DNA of 19,277 bases from an uncultured Gemmatimonadales bacterium (GTDB taxonomy: Bacteria > Gemmatimonadota > Gemmatimonadetes > Gemmatimonadales > GWC2-71-9). A model generated the notes under the pieces. That model was given only the letters and a program-made list of their open reading frames with translations, searched no databases and was not told the origin of the DNA. Every line of letters starts with the position of its first letter. Positions within the stretch are counted from its first letter, which is position 1. Below, in pieces: positions 8,556 to 17,074 of the stretch. The position numbers and the translations under genes are program-made. Location: contig CAWGSK010000001.1 in assembly GCA_963825055.1 (NCBI GenBank), positions 1 through 19,277 on the forward strand. Direction: 5' to 3'.

Positions 8556-9444
8556 GCCGCAGCTCTCGGTCGTGGTCCCGTCGGTGAACGGGGCTGGTGA
8601 CCTGATCGGGTGCCTGGAAGCCCTGGAGCGACAGCGCGATGACGTGACGCTCGAGGTGCTGGTGGCCGACCGCTGCGGCGACGGCCTGCGCCAGGTGGTG
8701 CGCGAGCGCTTTCCGGACGTCACGGTTCTCGACGCCCCCGCGGGCACGACGATCCCTGACCTCCGGGCCCTGGCCTTCGATGCCGCCTCGGGCGCTTCGG
8801 TGGCCGTGATCGAGGACCATGTGATCGTCCCGCCGGGCTGGGCTCGCCAGTTGCTCGAGGCGCAGGCCCGCGGGGAGGATGTGGTGGGTGGTGCCGTCGA
8901 GAACGCGGCGAACCAGCGGGTCGTGGACTGGGCCGCGTTCCTCTGCGAGTACAGCCACCTGCTCCCGCCGCTACCGGACGGGCCGTCGGACTGGCTCACG
9001 GGGAACAATACGGTCTATCGTCGCACCCTCCTGGAGAAGTACCGCGAGGTGACCCGCGAAGGACGCTGGGAGAACCACCTGCACGACGCGCTCCGGCGCG
9101 ACGGGGTGACGCTCTACTGCCGGCCGGCGATCCGGGTCGGCCACAAGAAGCACTATACCGTCTGGGAGTACCTCTCCCAGCGCTACCTGTATTCGCGCTC
9201 CTATGCCGGGGCCCGGACCGCTGGAGCGCCGCTGGCCCGCCGGCTGGCCTGGGGGCTGGCCGCGATGGCCCTGCCGCCGGTCCTGTTCGGGCGGACGGTG
9301 GCCCGGATCTGGCAGAAGGGAGTGCATCGCGGCGAGCTGGTCCGGTCGCTGCCCCTTCTCGGGCTCTTCGTCACGGGGTGGGCCGCCGGGGAAGTCGTCG
9401 GGGCCTGGTTCGGCCCTGGCGACGCCCTGGCGAAGGTCTGTTGA
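8548..9444 (+). CDS. GT2-family glycosyltransferase with EDH in place of DxD
   Basis: LSVVVPS, EVLVAD, VAVIEDH, VVGGAVEN, LTGNNTVYRR and hydrophobic C-terminal helices; 298 aa. Confidence 0.8.
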   Translation: MPEPQLSVVVPSVNGAGDLIGCLEALERQRDDVTLEVLVADRCGDGLRQVVRERFPDVTVLDAPAGTTIPDLRALAFDAASGASVAVIEDHVIVPPGWARQLLEAQARGEDVVGGAVENAANQRVVDWAAFLCEYSHLLPPLPDGPSDWLTGNNTVYRRTLLEKYREVTREGRWENHLHDALRRDGVTLYCRPAIRVGHKKHYTVWEYLSQRYLYSRSYAGARTAGAPLARRLAWGLAAMALPPVLFGRTVARIWQKGVHRGELVRSLPLLGLFVTGWAAGEVVGAWFGPGDALAKVC

Positions 9445-9493
9445 GCAATCGGTCAATCGCGGTGCCGCCGGCGCCGCCCTGCATGGAGCAGCC

Positions 9494-10990
9494 ATGAACG
9501 AGTCACACCCCGAGGGGCCACGGACCGTCGACCAGCTCGCGCCCGACGATCACACGATCGTCATCGGTGGCGGGCCGGCGGGGCTCACGGCCGCCTACCT
9601 CCTCTCGAAAGAGGGGCACAAGGTGACGGTGCTCGAGGGCGACAACATCCTGGGCGGCATCTCGCGCACGGCGCAGTACAAGGGGTACCGTTTCGATATC
9701 GGCGGGCACCGGTTCTTCACCAAGGTGGTCCCGGTGGAGGCGCTCTGGTACGAGATCCTGGGAGACGAGTTCATCTCGGTCCCCCGGATGTCGCGCATTC
9801 ATTATGACGGGAAGTTCTTCGACTACCCGCTGAAGGCCGCCAACGCCCTCAGGGGGCTCGGGATCTGGAACGCGGTCCTGATCGTGCTGAGCTACCTCCG
9901 CTGGCACTTCTGGCCGAACCCGGTGGAGGAGAACTTCGAGCAGTGGGTCACCAACCGCTTCGGCAAGCGGCTCTATAACATCTTCTTCAAGACGTACACG
10001 GAAAAGGTCTGGGGCATCCCCTGCACCGAGATCCGCGCGGAATGGGCGGCTCAGCGGATCCAGGGCCTCTCGCTCGCCCGCGCCATCATCTCGGCGGCCT
10101 CGCTCAACCGGCGCAGCACCAAGATCAAGTCGCTCATCAACGAGTTCCAGTATCCCCGCCTCGGCCCCGGCCAGATGTGGGACGCCTGCGCGGCGCGCAT
10201 CCGGGAGATGGGCAACGAGGTCCTGCTGCGGCACTACGCCGAGGCCATCGAGACCGAGAACGGTCGAGCGGTGGCGGTGCGGGTCCGCACCCCGGACGGC
10301 GTCGTCCGGATGCCGTGCGACCACGTCATTTCCACCATGCCGGTCCGGACGCTGGTCCGTTCGCTTTCGCCGAAGCCACCCGCTCCCGTAGTGGAGGCCG
10401 CCGAGGGGCTGGCCTATCGCGACTTCGTGGTGGTGGCGCTCATGCTCAAGGCCGAGAACCTCTTCCCGGACAACTGGATCTACATCCATACGCCGGGCGT
10501 GAAGGTCGGCCGGATCCAGAATTTCAACAACTGGAGCCAGGCGATGGTCCCGGAGCCGGGGACGACATGCCTGGGCCTCGAGTACTTCTGCTTCAAGGGT
10601 GACGGGCTGTGGGAGAGCCGGGACGAGGACCTGGTCGCCCTCGCGAAGAAGGAGCTCGGCGAACTCGGCCTGGTGGATACGAGCACCGTGTTCGACGGGG
10701 CCGTCATCCGGATGCCCAAGGCGTACCCGATCTACGATTCCGCCTACCGCGGCCACCTGGACCGGGTCCGGGCGTTCGTCGACCCGATCCCGAACCTGCA
10801 CACGGTCGGCCGGAACGGCATGCACAAGTACAACAACCAGGACCACTCCATGCTGACGGCGATGATGGCCGTCTGGAACATGCAGGGCGCACGGCATGAC
10901 ATCTGGGCGGTGAACACGGACTTCGAGTACCACGAGGAACAGAAAGTCGAATCGGGAGAGCCCTCGGGGGCGGTCGCGGCGACGACCTGA
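9494..10990 (+). CDS. NAD(P)/FAD-dependent oxidoreductase (PRK07208-like; UDP-galactopyranose mutase/protoporphyrinogen oxidase-like fold)
   Basis: Start re-assigned to ATG 9494 (GGAG at 9485-9488). IGGGPAGLTAAY, GGISRT, FDIGGHRFFTK, YTEKVWG, GRNGMHKYNNQDHSM; 498 aa. Confidence 0.88.
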   Translation: MNESHPEGPRTVDQLAPDDHTIVIGGGPAGLTAAYLLSKEGHKVTVLEGDNILGGISRTAQYKGYRFDIGGHRFFTKVVPVEALWYEILGDEFISVPRMSRIHYDGKFFDYPLKAANALRGLGIWNAVLIVLSYLRWHFWPNPVEENFEQWVTNRFGKRLYNIFFKTYTEKVWGIPCTEIRAEWAAQRIQGLSLARAIISAASLNRRSTKIKSLINEFQYPRLGPGQMWDACAARIREMGNEVLLRHYAEAIETENGRAVAVRVRTPDGVVRMPCDHVISTMPVRTLVRSLSPKPPAPVVEAAEGLAYRDFVVVALMLKAENLFPDNWIYIHTPGVKVGRIQNFNNWSQAMVPEPGTTCLGLEYFCFKGDGLWESRDEDLVALAKKELGELGLVDTSTVFDGAVIRMPKAYPIYDSAYRGHLDRVRAFVDPIPNLHTVGRNGMHKYNNQDHSMLTAMMAVWNMQGARHDIWAVNTDFEYHEEQKVESGEPSGAVAATT

Positions 10991-10992
10991 GC

Positions 10993-12171
10993 ATGCGGAT
11001 CGCCATCGATGCCACCTGCTGGGCCAATGGGCGTGGCTACGGGCGCTATACCCGCCAGGTGCTGCCGGAGCTGGCGCGGCTCGCGCCGGAGGACGAGTTC
11101 CTCTGCCTGCTCGACGCACGGGCGGACGCGGTGTTCGACCTCGATGCCCCGAACCTGAGCCGGGTGCTGGTGCCGCAGGCCAGGAGCCCGACCGAGGCGG
11201 CGGCCGCCGACGGCAGCCGTTCGCCCGCGGACATGCTGCGGCTGACGCGGGCCCTGTGGCGGCACCAGCCCGACGTGTTCTTCTCGCCGTCGGTATACAC
11301 GTTCTTCCCCCTCCCACCCGGGCTCCGGGCGGTTGTCACCGTGCACGACGCGATCGCCGAGCGATTCCCCGAGCTGACGCTGCCGTCGGCCCGGGCGAGA
11401 CTGTTCTGGCGGATGAAGGTGGGCCTGGCCCTCCGGCAGGCGCGCCTGGTACTCACGGTGAGCGACTTCGCGCGGCAGGAAATCACCGAGGTCCTGCACG
11501 TGCGTCCCGAACGGATGCGGGTGGCGCTCGAGGCGCCGGCGCCCGCCTTCCGGCCGGTGGATGATCCCGCCGCCATCCGGGCCGCGGCCCGGCGGGCGGG
11601 GCTCCCCGACGGGGCGCGCTGGTTCATCTACGTGGGCGGCTTCAACCCGCACAAGTACGTGGACGTGCTCGTGCGGGCGCACGCCGAAGCGGTACGGCAG
11701 GCGGAGGGCGACCCGCCCCACCTCGTGCTGGTGGGCGCGGTCTCGGGCGACCCGTTCCACGGGGCGCAGGGCGCCATCCGGCAGGCGATCGCCGAGGCCG
11801 GGACGGAACGGCTGGTGCACTGGGCGGGCTTCGTGGCCGACGAGGAACTCCGCTTCCTCCATGCCGGTGCGCTCGCCCTGGTGCTGGCCTCGGCCTGCGA
11901 GGGATTCGGCCTGCCCGCGGTGGAGGCAGCCGCGTGCGGGACGCCGGTGATCGCGACGACCGCGAGCCCGCTGCCCCAGATCCTCGAAGGGGGAGGGCAC
12001 TTTGTCCGTCCCGGGCAGCAGGGCGAGGTGGCCGCGGCGATGCGCGCGATGATGCAGGACGAACCGGCGCGTCAGGCGCTGGGCCGGGAGGCCCTGCGGC
12101 GTGCGAGCGCCCTCAGCTGGCCCCGCACGGCGCGTGCGGTGCTGGACACGCTCTACGAGGCGGCGGCGTGA
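10993..12171 (+). CDS. GT4 glycosyltransferase (MtfB/WbpY-like)
   Basis: MRIAIDA, GYGRY, VVTVHDAI, LTVSDFA, YVGGFNPHK and EGFGLPAVEAAACGTPVI (EX7E); 392 aa. Confidence 0.9.
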   Translation: MRIAIDATCWANGRGYGRYTRQVLPELARLAPEDEFLCLLDARADAVFDLDAPNLSRVLVPQARSPTEAAAADGSRSPADMLRLTRALWRHQPDVFFSPSVYTFFPLPPGLRAVVTVHDAIAERFPELTLPSARARLFWRMKVGLALRQARLVLTVSDFARQEITEVLHVRPERMRVALEAPAPAFRPVDDPAAIRAAARRAGLPDGARWFIYVGGFNPHKYVDVLVRAHAEAVRQAEGDPPHLVLVGAVSGDPFHGAQGAIRQAIAEAGTERLVHWAGFVADEELRFLHAGALALVLASACEGFGLPAVEAAACGTPVIATTASPLPQILEGGGHFVRPGQQGEVAAAMRAMMQDEPARQALGREALRRASALSWPRTARAVLDTLYEAAA

Positions 12172-13437
12172 GCGGGCTCCGGTTCGCGTTCCTGACGACG
12201 TTCTACCCGCCGTACAACTTCGGCGGGGACGGCATCGGGATCCAGCGGCTGGCCCGCGGGCTCGCCCGCGCCGGGCACCACGTTACGGTCATTCATGACG
12301 CGGATGCCTACCGGGTGCTGCATGCAGGGGCAGGAGCCGGCGCCCGCCGCGGAGGAGCCCGGCATCGAGGTCGTGTCGCTCCGGAGCGGGTCGCCCATGC
12401 TGTCGACGCTGCTGACACAGCAGCTCGGCCGGCCGGTGGTAAACGGGCGGCGGATCGAGAGGTTGCTGGAGGAGGGGAACTTCGACGTGACGACGTTCCA
12501 CAACGTGTCGCTCGTCGGTGGCCCGGGCCTCCTCAGGTACGGACGCGGGCTGACGCTCTACCTGGCACACGAGCACTGGCTGGTCTGCCCTACCCACGTG
12601 CTCTGGCGCTACCGGCGCGAGCGCTGCGACGGGCGGGAATGCGTGCGGTGCCAGCTCAGCTACCGGCGGCCGCCCCAGCTCTGGCGGCTCACCGGGTTGC
12701 TGGAGCGTGAACTGAAGCATGTGGACACGTTCATCGCGATGAGCGAGTTCAGCCGGGAGAAGCACCGGGAATTCGGGTTCCCGCGGGACATGGAAGTGCT
12801 GCCCTATTTCCTGCCCGACCCGGAACCGGGCGGGGCGGCGGTGGCCGGCCCGGCGCCGCACGAGCGGCCGTATTTCCTGTTCGTGGGCCGGCTGGAGAAG
12901 ATCAAGGGGCTGGATGACGTGGTGCCGCTGTTCCGGGACTACCCGGATGCGGACCTGCTGATTGCGGGCGACGGGGAATACGCGGCCCGGCTGCGCGAGC
13001 TGGCTCGTGACATCCCGCGGGTGAAGTTCCTGGGACGGGTCTCGCCGGAGGAACTCCGGCGGTACTACCAGCACGCGATCGCCCTCGTGGTGCCCTCGGT
13101 CTGCTTCGAGACCTTCGGCATCATCCTGATCGAGGCGTTCCGGCAGGGCACGCCGGTCATCGCGCGGCGGCTCGGGCCGTTTCCCGAGATCGTGGAGGAA
13201 GCGGGGGGCGGGGAGCTGTTCACCACGCCGGAGGAACTCCGGGCGGCCATGCGCCGCCTGCAGGACGATCCGGCGTACCGGAAGGCTCGCGCGGAGTCCG
13301 GATACCGGGCCTACGTGGAGCGATACAGCGAGCAGGCTGTTGTGCCGCAGTTTCTGGATATCGTGCGCCGCACGGCCGTCCGCCGGAGGGCGGAGCGGGT
13401 CGTCGAGGCGCTGGGACCACTCGAGGTCGGGAGCTGA
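12168..13437 (+). pseudogene. GT4 glycosyltransferase with a Cys-rich insert, one +1 frameshift (probably sequencing error)
   Basis: GTG at 12168 (GTGA overlap) gives a typical GT4 N-terminus LRFAFLTTFYPPYNFGGDG...GHHVTV. Deleting one G of GGGG (12327-12330) joins it to QEPAP...FVGRLEKIKG...ETFGIILIEAF; 422 aa restored. Confidence 0.82.
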
Positions 13438-13439
13438 TC

Positions 13440-14414
13440 ATGCGTGTCTTCATCACCGGCGGTGCCGGGTTCATCGGGTCGCACCTCTCCGAGCAGCTGC
13501 TCGACCGGGGGGACCGGGTCACCGTGCTGGACGATCTCTCGACCGGCGGCATGGAGAACATCGCCCACCTGGTCGGGCGGGAGGGGTTCGAGCACCGGGT
13601 TGGCTCGGCCATCGACGCCCCGCTCGTTTCCGAGCTGGTGGACACCGCGGACGTCACAGTGCATCTCGCGGCGGCGGTCGGGGTCCGGCTCATCGTCGAG
13701 CGGCCGGTGCACACCATCGAGACCAACGTCCGCGGCACGGAGGTCGTGCTCGCCGCCGCGGCCAAGAAGCGGAAGCTCGTGGTCCTGGCGTCCACCAGCG
13801 AGGTCTACGGCAAGGGGATCAAGATCCCGTTCACCGAGGATGACGACCTCAAGCTCGGTCCGACCATGCATTCCCGCTGGGCCTATGCCTGCAGCAAGGC
13901 GCTCGACGAGTGGCTCGCGCTGGCCTATTACAGCGAGAAGCGGGTGCCGGTGATCATCGCGCGGTTCTTCAACACCGTCGGGCCGCGACAGACCGGCCAG
14001 TACGGCATGGTGCTGCCGAACTTCGCCCAGCAGGCCCTGCAGGGCGAACCGATCCGGGTGTTCGGGTCCGGGGAGCAGTCCCGCTGCTTCGGCCACGTGG
14101 CGGACGCGGTGGAGTCAATCATCCGGCTGATCCATACGCCGGCGGCCGTTGGCGAGGTGATCAATGTCGGCACCGACCGCGAGGTCACCATCAACCGCCT
14201 CGCCGAGATGGTGCGGGACGAGGCCCGGAGCGAGTCGGAGATCGTCCACGTGCCGTACAACGAGGCGTACGCGAAGGGGTTCGAGGACCTGGAGCGGCGG
14301 GTGCCCGATCCCTCGAAACTCGCGCGGCTCACCGGATTCACCTTCAAGCGGACGCTCGAGGACATCATCGCCGATGTCGTGGCGGACCAGCGGGCCCGGC
14401 TGGCGGCCCGGTAA
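13440..14414 (+). CDS. NAD-dependent nucleotide-sugar epimerase/dehydratase (extended SDR; GalE/UDP-GlcA decarboxylase-like)
   Basis: TGGAGFIGSHL, HLAAAVGV, ASTSEVYG, YACSK (YxxxK), RFFNTVGPRQ and GEQSRCF; 324 aa. Confidence 0.9.
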   Translation: MRVFITGGAGFIGSHLSEQLLDRGDRVTVLDDLSTGGMENIAHLVGREGFEHRVGSAIDAPLVSELVDTADVTVHLAAAVGVRLIVERPVHTIETNVRGTEVVLAAAAKKRKLVVLASTSEVYGKGIKIPFTEDDDLKLGPTMHSRWAYACSKALDEWLALAYYSEKRVPVIIARFFNTVGPRQTGQYGMVLPNFAQQALQGEPIRVFGSGEQSRCFGHVADAVESIIRLIHTPAAVGEVINVGTDREVTINRLAEMVRDEARSESEIVHVPYNEAYAKGFEDLERRVPDPSKLARLTGFTFKRTLEDIIADVVADQRARLAAR

Positions 14415-14422
14415 CGGACGGA

Positions 14423-15172
14423 ATGCGCGCGATCCTCATGTATCACTCCATTGACGCGACCGGGTCGCCCATCTCGGTGGACCCCGCGACGTTCCGCGCC
14501 CACGTCGCGTGGCTGGCGCGCGGGCCGGTGCGGGTTCTCTCCGTGGCCGCCCTCGCGGCGGCACGGGAGGACGAGGACGCCGTGGCACTCACGTTCGATG
14601 ACGGATTCGCCAGCCTCGAGACCGAGGCGGCGCCGCTGCTGGCCGACCATGAACTGCCGGCGACGGTGTACGTCGTGCCGGGCGCCGTGGGCGGGACCAA
14701 CGCGTGGGGCGGGCGTGATGCCCCGGGTATCCCGACGCTTCCGCTGCTCGACTGGGACGGGATCGGCCGCGTGAGGGAGAATGGGATGGAGGTCGGGGCG
14801 CACACGCGGACACACCGACGGCTCCCGGGCCTGCCCGGCGCCGCCCTGGAGGACGAGGTGGCCGGAAGCGGTGAGGCAATCGCCGCGGCCACCGGCGCCC
14901 GGCCCGCCACCTTCGCCTACCCCTACGGCGCGTACGACGGGGCGGCCGCCCGGTCGGTCGCGGCGCACTATGAGTGGGGCGTGACCACCGACCTCCGGCC
15001 GCTCGGGGCGCGCGACGATGCCGCGCTCCTGCCGCGCCTCGATGCCTGGTACTTCCGCCGGCCGGGACGGCTGGAGGCCTGGGGCAGCGCCCGCTTCCGG
15101 TGGCGGCTCCGGGCGCGTGGGGCGGCCAGGCGCGTGCGGGAGACCTTCCGCCCCGCGGGGGGGCGTGCATGA
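14423..15172 (+). CDS. Polysaccharide deacetylase (CE4, IcaB-like)
   Basis: Start re-assigned to ATG 14423. ILMYHSI, ALTFDDG, GAHTRTH and FAYPYG; 249 aa. Confidence 0.88.
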   Translation: MRAILMYHSIDATGSPISVDPATFRAHVAWLARGPVRVLSVAALAAAREDEDAVALTFDDGFASLETEAAPLLADHELPATVYVVPGAVGGTNAWGGRDAPGIPTLPLLDWDGIGRVRENGMEVGAHTRTHRRLPGLPGAALEDEVAGSGEAIAAATGARPATFAYPYGAYDGAAARSVAAHYEWGVTTDLRPLGARDDAALLPRLDAWYFRRPGRLEAWGSARFRWRLRARGAARRVRETFRPAGGRA

Positions 15173-16272
15173 CCACCCCGTTCCTGTCCGTCATCGTGCC
15201 GGCATACAACGGCGCCGGCGTGCTGCCCCGCTGCATGGACGCGCTCATGGCCAGCGACCTCCCGCGCGACTGCTGGGAACTGGTCGTGGTGGATGACGCG
15301 AGCACGGACGATACCGCGGCGATTGCCGCACCGTACACCGACGCGATCGTGCGGCTGCCGGGCCGTCCGCACGGCCCGGCATACGCCAGGAACCGCGGCT
15401 TCGAGGCCATCCGCGGTGACGTGGTCGTGTTTGTGGATGCCGACGTCTGCGTGCACCCCGACGCGCTCCGCCGCTTCGCCTGGCTCTTCGCGCGCGAACC
15501 GGACGTGGGCGCGGTATTCGGCTCCTATGACATGGCGCCGGCTGCCGGGGGGCTCATCTCGCAGTACCGGAACCTGCTGCACCACTACGTGCACCACCAG
15601 AACCCCGGTGACGCCGAGACGTTCTGGGCCGGCTGCGGCGCGGTGCGGAGTGCGGTGTTCTCCGAAGTGGGGCACTTCGACGAGTGGCACTACGTGCGTC
15701 CCCAGATCGAGGACATCGAACTGGGCCACCGAATCCGCGAGCATGGCTACCGGATCCTTCTGGACCCATCCATTCAGGGCACCCACCTGAAGCGGTGGAC
15801 CTTCCGGAACGTCGTCACCACCGATTTCCGCGACCGGGGCGTGCCCTGGACGCGGCTGCTGGTCCAGGGGGGTGGGCAGAGCCGCAACCAGGCCCTGAAC
15901 CTCCAGACCACGGAGAAGGTGAAGGTGGCGCTGGTCTGGCTCGCCGTGCTCGGCGTGCTGGCCGGGCTCGTCCTGCGGGACGCGCGGGTCGCAGGCGGCG
16001 GCCTGGCGGCGCTGCTCCCCGTCCTGTGGCTGAGCCGGCACCTCTACGGGTTCTTCCAGCGGACGCGCGGCACGTGGTTCATGCTGCGGATCATGCCGTT
16101 GCACCTGTTGTACTACTTCCTGAACGGGATCAGCGTCATCTGGGGCGTGGTGCTGCATCACCTCGTCGGTGAACCCGCGCCGCCCCCTGACATCCAGGCC
16201 TTCTCGGAAGTCGGCGTCAAGAAATGGCCGCCGGTGCCCCGTCGGGCCCACGGCAGTCCCTGGCACCGCTGA
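15169..16272 (+). CDS. GT2 glycosyltransferase with C-terminal membrane helices
   Basis: ATG at 15169 (ATGA overlap). LSVIVPAYN, VVDDASTDDT, GPAYARNRG, FVDAD, GHFDE and IEDIELG; 367 aa. Confidence 0.9.
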   Translation: MTTPFLSVIVPAYNGAGVLPRCMDALMASDLPRDCWELVVVDDASTDDTAAIAAPYTDAIVRLPGRPHGPAYARNRGFEAIRGDVVVFVDADVCVHPDALRRFAWLFAREPDVGAVFGSYDMAPAAGGLISQYRNLLHHYVHHQNPGDAETFWAGCGAVRSAVFSEVGHFDEWHYVRPQIEDIELGHRIREHGYRILLDPSIQGTHLKRWTFRNVVTTDFRDRGVPWTRLLVQGGGQSRNQALNLQTTEKVKVALVWLAVLGVLAGLVLRDARVAGGGLAALLPVLWLSRHLYGFFQRTRGTWFMLRIMPLHLLYYFLNGISVIWGVVLHHLVGEPAPPPDIQAFSEVGVKKWPPVPRRAHGSPWHR

Positions 16273-16330
16273 GTGACGCGGAATTCGTTGCCGTCCCCCG
16301 GACCGGATGGCATATTGGAGGCACCCTTTC

Positions 16331-16729
16331 ATGGCTGCTGAAGCGATGGAATACACACCTACGACGCTCGATCCGACGCCCCAGGCGTTCCGGCGCGCAA
16401 TCGCCCTCGCCTTTGCGCCGCTTCACAAGCGTGCCTTCGGCCTCGCGATCGGCTCGGCCGCCGCGGTCGTCGTCTTCCTGGTGACGATCATCTACATCCT
16501 CCGGGCTCCCGAGGACGGTTTTCAGCTCGGGCTCCTGAACCAGTACTTCGCCGGGTACAGCGTGAGCTTCGGCGGCGCGGTCGTGGGGGCGGCCTGGGCG
16601 TTCGTCAGCGGCTTCGTGGCGGGCTGGTTCCTCGCCTTCTGCCGCAACCTGATTATCGCCGCCTCGATCTTCATCATCCGGGCGCGCTCCGAGATGGCAC
16701 AGACCCGCGATTTCCTCGATCACATCTGA
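16331..16729 (+). CDS. Small hypothetical membrane protein (paralog A)
   Basis: GGAGG at 16317-16321 precedes ATG 16331. Hydrophobic helices with AFGLAIG...LLNQYFAGYSVSFGGAVVG...CRN; 132 aa. Confidence 0.75.
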   Translation: MAAEAMEYTPTTLDPTPQAFRRAIALAFAPLHKRAFGLAIGSAAAVVVFLVTIIYILRAPEDGFQLGLLNQYFAGYSVSFGGAVVGAAWAFVSGFVAGWFLAFCRNLIIAASIFIIRARSEMAQTRDFLDHI

Positions 16730-16757
16730 CCGGCGAGCCACCATGGGGACCCGTATC

Positions 16758-17057
16758 ATGGACCAGAACGAAGTTGACCTGAATTCCGCGATCCTGCGCC
16801 TCAACGGGCGCGCCTGGGGCCTCGCCTTCGGGCTGCTGCTCGGCGCCGGCCTCTTCATCGCGACCAACATCCTGGTCCTGAAGGGCGGCCCGCGCGTCGG
16901 GGAACACCTGCGCCTGCTCCGGGTCTTCTTTCCGGGCTACACCGTCACGTTCCTCGGCAGCGTGATCGGCTTCATCTACGCCTTCGTCATCGGGTATGGC
17001 CTCGGCCGCCTGATCGGTGCGGTCTACAACCGGATGGTTGGCTCGGGCGCGCGCTGA
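16758..17057 (+). CDS. Small hypothetical membrane protein (paralog B); alternative start at 16743
   Basis: GGGGA lies 8 nt before ATG 16758. AWGLAFG...LLRVFFPGYTVTFLGSVIG...VYN aligns with paralog A. Confidence 0.75.
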   Translation: MDQNEVDLNSAILRLNGRAWGLAFGLLLGAGLFIATNILVLKGGPRVGEHLRLLRVFFPGYTVTFLGSVIGFIYAFVIGYGLGRLIGAVYNRMVGSGAR

Positions 17058-17074
17058 GCCCCCATGCCCACCCG

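Noticed and set aside
6986..12330. Phase variation or programmed frameshifting as the cause of the broken genes
   Set aside because: The runs are only 3-5 nt, there are several in one gene, and all are +1. Sequencing error is more parsimonious.
16308..16323. TGGCATATTGGAGGCA as a fifth sigma-54 site
   Set aside because: It has GG-N10-GC but lacks TT before GC, overlaps the RBS, and would put the TSS inside the likely CDS.
16331..17057. Phage holin interpretation of the small membrane proteins
   Set aside because: There is no endolysin or other phage gene nearby, and they are embedded in a glycosyltransferase operon.
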